Below are positions 52,305-64,000 of a DNA stretch of 64,000 nucleotides, piece after piece. The notes under the pieces are model-generated. The model searched no databases. It was given only the letters and a program-made list of their open reading frames with translations, and was not told the origin of the DNA. The translations under genes were made by a program, and so were the position numbers. Origin of the DNA: Camelus dromedarius. Lineage: Eukaryota. The stretch is from positions 58,096,001-58,160,000 of the forward strand of contig NC_087437.1 of assembly GCF_036321535.1 (NCBI RefSeq), read 5' to 3'. Numbering within the stretch: the first letter of the stretch is position 1; the number at the start of each line of letters is the position of its first letter.

Positions 52305-52830
52305 ACAAGCATTCATTTAACAAACACTTGTTCAACTGCCTTTTGTGCCAGGCAATAAGCTAAGTCCTGGGCGTAGAGTGATCAGCTCCTTGGGGAACTT
52401 ACCATGTAGCGGAGGAGAGACACATTCATCAACACAGATACATAGTGGACTATATGGTACAATGAAGGGAAGGGATAGGGAAATGTGAGACCTAATCATA
52501 GGGAACTTCATCTAGTTTGAGGGGTGGGTTGCAACACTCAGAAAAGCCTTCTCAGAGGAAGTGTCATTTAGGGTAAGATTTGCATGTCTGTAAAGATGAA
52601 GATTTTATTTTATTTTTACTTTGTAAGGAGGAGGGTGTGTATCAAAGGAATATAATGCATGAAGAAATCGGGAAACTGGAAGAGGGCCAGTATATCTGGA
52701 ACAGGGAAGCGAGGGGAAGAATGATAAGGAATGAAATTAGAGAGGTGGAGGGGCGCCAGATCATGCCTGGGATGGGAAGTTGTACAAGGATTCTGACTTT
52801 CATTCCAAGAATGGTGTGAAATTATTTGAC
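52305..52830 (-). mobile_element. L2 LINE 3' region
   Basis: cattcatttaacaaacacttgtt...tgtgccaggca, ccttctcagaggaagtgtcattt, ccagatcatg motifs. Confidence 0.65.
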
Positions 52831-55800
52831 TGGGAAAGGAAGGGAAACAGAATTTGCACTTAGAAGCATTTCTATTCCTTTCTCTCAATTTTTCTATTTT
52901 GTCTTTCTTTAAATGAATAAAATTAGTATTGTATTTAATGTTTTGCTAACATTTTCCTTTGTGGCATGTTTTTGACTTTCTTAATGTCATTTTTCTATAT
53001 GCAGAAATTTTAATTTTTATATATTTAAATTGGTCACTTATTTATGATTCTGGGTTTTATTACATGCTTAAAAAGCCCCTTCCCATCTCAAAATGATCTT
53101 TTTTTATAGGTGCACCATATTTTCCCCTTGTACTTCTATGAGGATATACAGTTTGAAAACACAATGAAATATAAACTTTCACCTATGCAAAAGGCAAAGA
53201 TAAAAACCTTTGATAGTACATTGTGTTAGCGGGTGGTGGAGGGGAGTAGACATTCCCATATTTTTGGTGGGTACATACATTGAAATGTTGGCATTCGGTA
53301 AATCAGGGGGTGAGGGCCGTGCACCAAACAGCTTGATGGGGTCCTGATCAGACTCCCGTTGCCCCACATCTGAACTTCAGCAGCATCCGTATGTCATTTC
53401 TTTTTCAATCCATTCACACAAGGGCAGTTTGGCTCAGGGAGGGGGCTGAATCTGGTTGATCAAACACACAAGAAACCCCAGTCAGATCCTTCTTTGGTTA
53501 ATGAGTCCAGATAATATTTTAATTTATTAATGAACTCATCGGTTCTACTACTTTATTAATAAAGTTAGAGGTTCTTTCCATTATTTTGGATCCCTTAGGC
53601 AGTGGCAAAAAGAAGAAACTCTCCTTCATGAGCTCATTTCTTCTTAACTGGGGTGCAGGGCTCCCTCTACCTAGCCAGGGGCATATCCCACCCTGTTGAC
53701 CTGCACCTCACATCTCCAGCTCAGCACACGTTGAGCTTCCTGAGTGGCTGCAAGCCTTGGGACCCCTTTCTGCGACCCTAGATTCCTGCTCATAGATTGA
53801 GGCCTGTGGTGGTAGGTATGGCAAGCAATAGCCGAGGTGCTTCCGGGAATTTTCCCAGGACTGACACCTCACCCTCTTAGTTCGCTTCCTCCGAGTCAGA
53901 AGGGATCTGTGGCTTGGCATCCTTCCTCAGTATTTTTTGGTTTGTGGGAATGGGGCAGAGTGAGGAGCTGCACCATCCTGTGCTTTTCTGTGCCAGAAAC
54001 TCGCTTCTTTCCTTGGTTGTCATTTCCTGAATTAATGGCCAGGAATTAGTTTCCTTCCCTTGCTTATTGCTGATCATGAACACTTTTCTGATTTAAAACA
54101 ATAACTATTAACAAAGTGACTGGGTAAGGGAACATCTGTTAGCTGGCTTCATTCAACCACCTTTACAGGCAAGTTAGTTCCTCATTTGTAAAATAAAGAT
54201 GTATCACATTCGTCAGAGGCTAAATAAATACTGTTTTTTTCCCCCTTCTCTTTCCTTCCTTTCTGCCTTCTTATATTTCACATATTAGATATGCTTTAGG
54301 ATAAATTTAATTATTTTATATATTAAAAAACAACAGACCTATTTTAAAGTGTTCAATGCATTTTATATGTTAATCTATTTTATAGATGGAGGATTATATT
54401 CTAGAGTCTAATTAACACATTTATTTATTTATTTATTTATTAGATTGGGAAATGTAGTTTATCACATTTTATAGTGAAGCTTTAAAGCAAGATTTGAAAA
54501 ATATACACTGGCTACATCTGGGGTTTTACAAATCAAGAGAACAGAGAAACCATGAAAAATAAAAAGACATGCCTTCTGATGAAGCTTGAAATGAAATAAA
54601 GTTGAAAAGAAAAACAGAAAAGACAGAGAACTGCTATCAGAACATTAAATGCATCCCGCTTTCTCCCCCGATGCAAAGGCAGAGCAGGCTGGACTAGGAC
54701 TAGAGACCTCTCTGGGGAATCCAGCTCTCCAGACTCTTGGCTCCATCGGAAGCGGTTGCCTTGCTCTTTATCTTCCTTCACACACTGCTGAGATGTATGT
54801 TGAAAATCTTTAAATGTGATGTGAGAATGAAAGCCCAACAAGCAAGTTAAAATCTTGGTACTGCCTTTACTAATCCTATCGCTTTCTCTGGTCTGTCCTG
54901 CTTCTTCCAGGGACTCAGAATTCCTGTTCTCTGTTTGCTTCTTTCGACACCAATCCTGCCTCTAGTCTGGCCCTTCACCTTGGGCGGAGGGAAGGGGTAA
55001 TACTCCCAAAGTGGGATCTCAGGCACTTTGCCCACAGTGATTCCGATCTTATCTATCGGTACTTCATTCCTCTGGTGGATGATGGGATGGGGACACAAAA
55101 ATCAAATCACAGCTCTGCGTATTAATTAGACTCTAGCAATAGATGAGAAAATTTGCTTAATCAACGTGGTTAGTTTTCCTTTAAGGACTGTGCTTGAGGA
55201 AATATTTCTCAATGAAAGACAAAGTAGTTCATCCAGAGCAATACAAAATAAGATTTCTATAAAATAATGAGGGCATTGTTTATAATACACTGAATGATTG
55301 TTTTTTAAAAAACATTAAAAAGTAGATTCTTAAGTTCTTTAATATTGCTACAATAAGGGCAAGATGTAATATTCCAAATATTCTAACAGGTAAGGTATGA
55401 AATATGCCTTAGAGTTCTTGGAAAAACTTAACTTTACACTTCCCTGAAGACTTAAATCTGAGCAACTTACTTGGAAAAAAGAGTCAGTTGAATTTAATGA
55501 AAATTCTTGAGTGAATAATTTTCGGCTGACTGCTGTAATCATAGGTCTTTTTCCTTTTAATTGTTTTAAGTAGGGAGAAGATAGTCATGCCACCTGTGAA
55601 ACAAACCAAGAAGACTTTACATCTATAAAAAATGTAGTTAATTAAAATAATAAGCATGGAAATTATTGTGAAGCATGATGGCTGGAGGAAAGAAAGGCTC
55701 AGTCCATCTGGAAAAAGCACTGGCTTTGTACTTTAAGACCCAAGTTATAGAATGGATCCTAACAACATAATAGCTGTGTGAATTTGCATGTGAGCTTTTA

Positions 55801-57544
55801 GGAATAATCAGTTTTCACACCCATAAATTACCTCCATAAGACCTTCCATCATCTGACACGGTAAGAAGTTAGATGTCAGTTTTACATGTAATAATGTATG
55901 TGAAAGTATTTTGTATATTGTAAAATACTATATAATTTTTGGAAAACTTTTCTTGCTTATTTGTGATTATAAGGCGTTTGTCAAAGTAAATAAGAAATGC
56001 AGACTTCATTAAAAAGAAAAAAATTTCAAAAAAATTAAGTGGTGGCTATTAGACTTACAGGTCTCTCCCAATCCTAAGATTCAATTATCTCAAGCATTTG
56101 AGAAATTTTCTTTTTTGGAACGAAGTAGTGTGGGAGAATTTGAATCAGTTTGCAATCTAAAGAAAATATGTGTTTTCTCAACTTCAATTCAATTAACAGT
56201 TTTTGAGGACCCAAGTGTGCAAGTGACAGAGGTAGGAACTGAAGGAAATACAGACCCTAGTGAGGAGCTCACAGTTTGTTGGGAGAGGCAGGAGCATGTC
56301 TCAATGATTTCTGTCTAGAGCAGAAATGGTAAGAATAGAATCAGGTGACCAAGAACTCTGGAGATACTGAGAAAATGTAACAGTTCATTTTCCTTGGTTG
56401 CTTAAAACGGAAACTTTCATCAGTAACATGGAAAGTTGATTGAAGGAAACTGAATAGTTCTCAGAATGGAAGGAAGAGTTAATAACAAAAAGGTCTCAGA
56501 AAGACAGAAATAGAAAGGCAACTCTGGTGAGCTTTGGTGGCCTGAGGTCAAGGAGAATGTCTTTAAGATTCAGATACTGGAATAATTCAAGACTCAAAAG
56601 CTCACAACTGAACAGCCCTCTGCCCTATGACTCAAACCCATATTCTCAGCAGAGACCCTGTTTGCTTGGCTTGGATCACATATCCAACTTGGTGCTTGTG
56701 AGCAGAGGTGGTGTAGGGCTTGGGAAGGCAGAGAGAAGGAAAACTGGATACTGCATTTTATTTTCCCACTAAAACTATTTGGAAAAGGTTTTTTGATACT
56801 GTAAGAAGAAAGAAAGGGTGCCAAACAGGTAAACACTACCATGTCCTCTCTAGGCATCTGCTAAAAGGAACTAAGGGGGTTTTTGGAAGGGAAAGGACTC
56901 AGGTTAGGGCTTGACAAATGGATAGAGGTTTACAAAGTAGATTTGGGGAACTAGGAGAAAGGGTATTCCAATCAGAGGGAACAGTGTGGGCAAATGTATG
57001 AAACAAGAAAGAGTACAAGATCTGAAGATGGGGAGAAGGCCAGTATATTTGGATGGTAAGGACATAGAGTGAGTAAAATGGGAAAGACAACTGAGGAGGC
57101 ATAAGATCAGAGTTCTAACCCATTGTACAGGGTTGCAAAGATAACTGGTTGAGATAATGCATGTGAAAGTGTTCTGTAAATTATAAAGTGCCTGGGAAAT
57201 CTATAAGGATTTTCATACTTACGAATTGTTTCAATTAAAAAAAAAGTGTTCCTCAGTCTATTGAGGTTTTTCTATTATCATTCTCTGCAATGTTTCATTA
57301 TTTGCAAATGAGAAATGTAAGTAGAAAACCTGACTGTAAAATTCTGTAATCCCTAAATCTGCAAACCTTGATGAGATATATGTCAATACACAATCATGGA
57401 AGAATTCAGATATGCTGATTTATAAGTCATCTTTCTGAAAGACAACATTTTAAGAAATCAATCTATTTTCTAGGGAAAATCGGTGCCTTTATATTTTTTT
57501 TCTGAAGCATCTATGATTATAGAGGTAATTTACAAACATGATGT

Positions 57545-57710
57545 CCTCTGCAACTCTCACTGACTCTGTATGTAAAGTATTATCCCCGTTCTGCATAGGA
57601 GGAAACTGGGGCTCAGAGAAGTGAGATCACTTTCCAGGGTCATATAGCTAGACAGTAGCAGAGGCAAGACTCAACACTGGATCCGTTTCTAAAGCCAGGG
57701 CTTCCTCCCC
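57545..57710 (-). mobile_element. MIR SINE
   Basis: tattatccccgttctgcataggaggaaactggggctcagagaagtgagatcactttccagggtcatatagcta. Many further MIR/L2 fragments are present and not listed individually. Confidence 0.75.
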
Positions 57711-58124
57711 GGGCCCACGCTACCAGTACTGCCTCTACCCAATATGCCACCAAGTCCCATCATTACTGTCTAAAGCCACAGAAGAATGTGAAGGCATCTA
57801 GTAGGAAAATCTAGTACCTGGTGTGGTTTGAGTCTGTAAAGGGGTGAGACGGCTGAGAGATGGGTGTTCATGATTTCAAATTTCTCGTGGAAGAGAAACA
57901 GTAGTCAAGGAGTACAACCTTACACGTTGTAAGGGACTATACTTCAATTAAAAAAAAAGGTCCACTACTGTGCAAGATATTTCTTATATCAATCCTCATA
58001 ACATTCCTGTTAGGTGGGAATTATTCTGCTCATTTTACAGGTAAGAAGCCACGACTTAAGTGTCTGCTAATTGTTCAAAGTAAGTGGTAGATCCAGTTGT
58101 TAGTCATTCATTTAAAATATTTAT

Positions 58125-58248
58125 GGGGGTGGGGAGGATTTAGCTCAGTAGTAGAGGGCATGCTCAAGGCCCTGGGTTCAATCCCTAGTACCTCCATTAA
58201 AAAAAAAAAAGACTTAATTACCTCCACCCCCCAAAAATTAAAAAAAAA
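58125..58248 (+). mobile_element. Camelid tRNA-derived SINE inserted in an L2 3' end
   Basis: tagctcagtagtagag, gggttcaatccc, poly(A), ttaattacctcc; flanked by aaaatatttat / aaaaaatttat; the host reads tcattcattt...atttat[SINE]tgagcac, typical of an L2 terminus. Confidence 0.85.
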
Positions 58249-61200
58249 TTTATTGAGCACTCCAGGTCCTTTCAATACATATATGGACTGAGCAGACAGA
58301 GATCCTTGGTGGAACTTGGATTCTAGTGTGAGGAGTCAGGTAACATGCAAAAAGCTTAATAAAAAGTCACAGGGTAAGTTAAAAAGTCTGAAGTCCTACA
58401 GCGAAAAGAAGTAGTGTGGTGCAAAAGGAGTCTGGGGAGCAAGAAGGGGTAACTTGAAAACTGGATTTTAAATTGGATGTTTTTATTACAATATCCAGAG
58501 ATCTAGAAGCTGATTTGTCAAGGAGTAATCTAACTTTTGCTTTCAAGGTCAGTAACATTAAGGTCTTCCTCCACTTTGTAGTAATAGCTAGTGAACTGGC
58601 AGAACTGGGGAATCTTTTTCACAAAGAGTATCTTACAGGCATGAGCATTTCAAGGAACTAGAGACCCCACTCCCATTCTCTCCTTCATCAGTGCTAATGA
58701 CCACATTGATCTCAAAGATTGCCTACAATTCCTTCTTTAATTCAACAAGCAATATGAAAGGCTATCTGATGACCTGGAAATCACATTTGCCTGGGAGCTG
58801 GGAAAACTGGGGTCTAATCCTGTGGGTCATTACATAAAATTTGACCTTGAAAAACTCCCTTCTCCACTCTGGGCTGATTTCCTCATGAGACAAACCAAAT
58901 TGGTATCTAACAGCAATTCCAAGTCTAACACTTGCGGCTCCAACTTTCTGCTGAAAAATTTCTAGGGTGCCCCAGTGAAAATCGTTTTAGCAGAGAGACT
59001 GAGGCTCGAGGAAAGAAATTTATCTTTTCACATCTCCTAATGAGATTTCAGCATCAAACTTCTCTTTTAAAACCACCCAGAAATATCTGCGGGCTCACAT
59101 GAAGGTCCAACCTTCTTTTAGGTGAACACTGGGTATGGGTACTCTGCTATGGACTGAGTAGCCTAACAGGACTGCCTGTTCATTTCCAAGGGCAGCTCAA
59201 GGTGTTGGAATGATTCTGTAAAGCTCTGTGTGGCTTGGGGCCAGGTTACCTGAGCAGTCACTTCCCTCCCCATGCAGTGTTAATTAACAGGCAATTAAAA
59301 CTCTGAGCTGCTCTCAGAGCACCGGAAAATGAGAGGCAGGGTCTTCATTCCATTCATTTTCTTTTATTATTTTTAAAAATTCCTACCAAGCTCTTGCCTC
59401 TGGAAATCTGCCACATTTGAGACTTTCAGGAGAAATATACATTTGGTCATTTTTCCTTGTTATTTGGTTTATACATATTGCTTATCTGCTCAAAGAAATC
59501 TTTAAAGGCATCCAGTCATTCACGGAAACAAATCTGAAATTTTCTGCCTAGCTTTCGCTAAACCCTCCTTAATATAGTCCAACTCTTACTATCCAAACAC
59601 GTTTTCCACATGTCCTTTCAAATCCTCATTATTTGCTTTCCTTCTAGCCCGAAGCCTTTTCTTTTGTCCCCTAATCAAAAGCTGCCCATTCAGTAAAGTT
59701 CAGCTTACAGCCAATATTATGATCACTCCAGATCTCAATTATGATTCTGAATAGTCAGTCTAACTAGAGTTAGAATAATTTCATTTCCCATTTATTCATG
59801 CTACTTATCCTTATCAGTTTTTCTCTCCACAAATAGATCAAAACTCCTGGAAGAAAAGGAACCATGTTTTATATTTCTCTTCATGTCCTCAGACCCTCCC
59901 TATCACAGTGGTACACACTGAGAGCCACTTAGTAGGGAGTTTAGACATTGCTGCTGTTATATGCAATTTGACAAAATCAGACATTTGGATAATTTAGACT
60001 ATATGCTTAGAATCATGCAATTGTGGAACTTTAAAGCATTAGGGACCTCAGGGATTAGTATACCAAATTCTTTATTTTACAGATGAAAAAAACCCCCACA
60101 AGATTTAAATGGAAGCAGTGAGTTGCCCAAAGTTAAACTATGAGTAAATGAAAAGCTTGGATCTAATCCCAAATCTTTAGACTTAAAGTCCATGCTCTTT
60201 CCTCTTCCCCAGTAGTTTGAAACCTTTTTCCCACTAGGAGACATTTGATAGATGCTGCCCACTTGAATGAGGCTCTCCCATGGGCATAGCCAGGGTTCAG
60301 GGTTGAAAGCAGTGCTGGAGAGAGCAGTACAGCGTCCTCTGTCCCTACCACTCAGGAATGACATCATAATGCCAGCGAGAGTCACATTAATCTAAGCATC
60401 GTCTTGCCTCCTCTTTGATTTCTGAAAAGTTGCAAATATCAGTACTTTAAATCAAGTGACTAGTAATAAAAAACTGTTGCTCTGCACAGGCTGCTGTGTC
60501 TAAAACTGCTGTCTTTTGACCACCATTTGATAATATTTCAATGAACTCACATTGATAAAATTTTACTCTGTGCCGTCAGATAGGTTGAGAAAGTTTAGAT
60601 CAGGTCAACGAGACTGGTGCTTACAGAGTCCTTTTACGCAGAAATTTCAAAGCGCAGAAGCAACATCTTTCTGATGGAATGGCTGGGACAGGCAGGCAGG
60701 GAGAGGGAACTTGTGTAGCAGGAAGGGGAGCCCTGGAGATCAGATTACAGGATCCAGGGGCAGAGTGATCTTAGCACTGGTAGATAAACGGACTCTGAAA
60801 GTAGATGGGGGAGGAGTCTGGAATCACGTGGTACAGATACATAGCCAGTTTAGGGGTGGAAATTAGCAATCGCTTTTGTGTGGAAAATAACTAGAAAGGC
60901 AAAAAAGAACATCACTACAAAAGTGGTGGGGTTGAAAGGCTGAGTGTGAGAGGAAGGAAAGACGGAGGGAGGGAAGGAGGAAGAAATGGAAAGAGGGAAA
61001 GGGATTTTTTTTTTTTTGTTTTTTTAGTGTAAAATGAGCCGATTTCTACGTTAGGCACTTCCACATACCTTTTCTTATTAAAGAGAGGGAAAGAAATATT
61101 GTAGGTGCTGGGGGACGGAAAGGACATGCACGAGGTGCTCCAGTGTGTGTGTCTGTGGCTGTGACACCGACTCCGCATTGCTCCACCATCTCTGGCAGAT

Positions 61201-63039
61201 GAGGGTTGTGGTTCTACACGTAGGAAACAGATTCTGCAAAACTGATAACCTAATTGTACCTGTCCTGAAATTTCAAAGACTCTTCAAAAATCACCCAGCA
61301 AAGCAAAAGTAAATGAATTCTATGTGTCTCAAGGGTAAAAATATCTAAAGTATTTTAAATGAGTCTGTGCCTCAGTTTCATCATCTGTAAAAGGGGATAA
61401 TAATAGTATCATATAAGGCTAATATAATTATATTATTAGAGGTAATTATAGTAGCTACATAATAGAATTGTTATGAGGAATAAGTAGGTTAATATTTGCA
61501 CAATGCCTGGCCCATAGTGCTATGTTTGTTGAATAAATAAAAATAAAATAGCAGTTGACTCAGAGATTGTCAGCATTGGGAGAGAATATAGGGATCATGG
61601 GTCAAAGTATCCCTTTTGAGAAGTGCAGTTGGGTTTCAAAGAGGGGAAATGATTCACCTGTCATCTTCACAGATGATTAAGTTGATGGCAGAGGGAGTAG
61701 GAATGAAGGCTCTTGACTTCCATTCAAGTGTCTTTTTTACTAAGAAACACACAATAGGCAATGATATAGTACAGTTTTAACAAATCCTAACTTTAATATT
61801 TAACCAGATTATTAGCTTCTGGAAGGATCTGTCTTGTTGATCTCTGCACTCACAGTGATAATCTGGACACCCCCACACAGTAGCCTTCTATAAATGTTCA
61901 CTTAAACTTGAGGCACTAAAAGCTCATCAAGGCTTAGAACTGATAAAGTAGGAATGGTTTAAAGGAAGGAGGAGCTTTTCAGATATGGCAGTTTTTCTAG
62001 CTCTTTTTAAATCTTGTATGTGAAATCCTTAGCCCAGGGTCTCACACACAATAACTCTCAATAAATGCTTGCTATTATTTTTAGGCATTTGCTTCCTAGG
62101 CCAAGAACTGATGGTATAGCTTGGCCACTAGAACAGAGGTCCTGCCAAGACTGATTCCCCTTCCTTTACAGGTGTTGGCAGATAGCAGTTTGTGGGGAAA
62201 TAACAGAAAGGGGTTTCAAGTAGGTGACAAGCTGTTGCTCAAACACTGGCCACTGTTCCATTTAACAGGAATTCATTACTTCAGTAGCAATGAAAAGTAG
62301 TCAGTCCTGCAGGATTTCTCGGTCTGTATCATCCTCTGCCCCACTTTAAAGTTTTAAGATGTTTGTTTCCTGTCAGCACTATTTTTATTTAATTGGATCC
62401 TGTTGGGGATTTTCATGTACTTTTCCTGTTTAGTTTTCTTCCTGTTTCTCAAAAACAGGACTTGAAAGATAAAGATGAACAATTGTAAAGCACTTTGCAT
62501 TGACCTTTACAAAATTGCTATTAAATCTTTCAATCTTCCCACCCTTGTCAACCCCTTATTGCACAACATTTAGAGGCAGATGAGAGGACACTGAAAGATG
62601 CTCTGAGACAGCTGGGCTGCCAAAAAACTTGCTCTTGCCTGGTTTGAGCCCTGCACCACTGCTATTTCCTTCACATGAGACATTTTTGTCTTGAGTCTGG
62701 CTTCTGGCTCTTCGGCATGTTTCTCATCCTACCTCTTAGGTAGCAAATGATTCTGCTTAGTTTTTGTATCTTAAACAATGTCTCAACCTCTCTGAGCCTC
62801 AGCTTCCTGTTATGAATGTAGGACACGTTCTCCGATGAGGAAATTAGGAGAAAAGGGGGAATGGGAGGGAACACGAATGCCAGAAGGCAGAGAAGATATT
62901 AGTATTGATGGTTACATGAGGATAAGTTTGACGATGGCCAAGTCATTGCAATCAGATAGATTGGAATGGAAACGGACTTCTCCACTCACAAGATCTAAGG
63001 GAAACTACTTAACTTATGCCCATTCCTAGTCATAACTCT

Positions 63040-63142
63040 CTTTTTTTTTTAAACTGAAATATTGTCAGTTTCCAATGTTGTGTCAATCTCTGGTGCACAG
63101 CATAATGCTTCAGTCATACATATACATACATATTTGTTTTCA
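63040..63142 (-). mobile_element. Young, severely 5'-truncated L1 (about 100 bp of 3' UTR plus poly-A)
   Basis: Poly-T followed by aaactgaaatattgtcagtttccaatgttgtgtcaatctctggtgcacagcat, typical of an artiodactyl/camelid L1 3' end; 15-bp TSD ccta(g/a)tcataactct at 63025-63039 and 63143-63157. Confidence 0.8.
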
Positions 63143-63159
63143 CCTAATCATAACTCTTG

Positions 63160-64000
63160 ATTTCAATATCTCATATGCATTTCACTCTCTGATTTAACCT
63201 TGCATATTTGCAGCTTACTCCTTCTTATATTCCACCTCTAACAATTTTGAACCCCACTGAGATCTACAATCATCAGTCCTTCTACCTTGTTGCTTTTTTT
63301 TGTATCCCTTCATGTCCTCTTCTCCCACTTTACTCAGCATGGTTTCCACAGTCCATTATTAGAATCATCCCTTCTCAACATCTTCAACTACCCTCCCCGT
63401 CTCCCTTCAGCAAATGTGCCTGGCCAGACCCCAAAGCTGGTTAAATTCAGTGCTCCACCTACACTGTGACTGCGCACTGCATCTAAAGGTGCCTGGAAAT
63501 TAACCATTAACCATGCTGTCAGGAATCACTTTAAATTCAAAATCACACATTTCAAAAGGGCCTTAGTGAAACCTGGAAATATGATTAAATTTCCCTGGTA
63601 CATCTAATCTCTGATTTGCTTATGTTTCACACTCTCTTCTTTCTCCTCAAACTTCCAAGATCTCTTTCTCTGTCCTGACTTTCAGCTGATGACCTTCCTT
63701 TTTACTTCATCTGGAAAAGGGAACCGGGAGAAAGAGAGGAACTTCCAGTTGTTTCTACCATACATCTACCACTTCATGGTGTGGGTACCATATGGTTCAC
63801 TTCCGTCCTCCTCTCTTCTCTAAGGCCATCTTTCAGACTAATGCCCTGAACCCCATCATATCTCACCTACACAGGGATGTCCCTCCAATATTTCTCCCTT
63901 CTCTCTCCCATGCAATCGATTTTCTCCTCTCAGCTGTATCATTGGCATGAGCACACAAAGCTGCTTTAATACTAGAATCTGAAAAACAAATCTCTCCGGA
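63160..64000 (+). mobile_element. L2 LINE internal remnant (runs off the window end)
   Basis: Pyrimidine-rich L2 motifs (tcagctgatgacctt..tacttcat, tctaaggcca...atgccctgaaccccatc..ctcacctac). Confidence 0.6.

Noticed and set aside
53550..53565. 16-bp perfect palindrome actttattaataaagt (another, taatataattatatta, at 61420-61435)
   Set aside because: Short and AT-rich; plausible by chance or slippage, and the second lies within a MIR.
1..64000. CRISPR array, operon or prokaryote-type defence system
   Set aside because: The sequence is intron/intergenic mammalian DNA; there is no regularly spaced repeat-spacer array or gene cluster.

Overview
Mammalian genomic DNA, most likely camelid (camel/alpaca/llama). 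This is inferred from four copies of a short tRNA-derived SINE with a characteristic 'cctaattacctcccc' tail and one young L1 3' end. The only supportable gene is the first coding exon of MB21D2 (C3orf59; Mab-21/cGAS-like nucleotidyltransferase family) on the minus strand: CDS 16123->15913, 70 codons + 1 nt, GT donor, inside a CpG island. Positions 1-15912 are intron 1 (exon 2 is outside the window). About 16.8-64 kb is upstream intergenic DNA dominated by ancient repeats (L2, MIR, L1M, MaLR/ERVL LTRs, hAT and Tc1/mariner fossils). All other ORFs in the track look spurious. I found no evidence of a new multi-gene system. The best leads are regulatory features of the MB21D2 5' leader (G-quadruplex, in-frame near-cognate start, weak/strong AUG pair, IRF-like site), a 327-bp local duplication of an L2/LTR junction, and a few instructive insertion scars. 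Repeat subfamily names are from memory of consensus sequences, and boundaries of old repeats are approximate.
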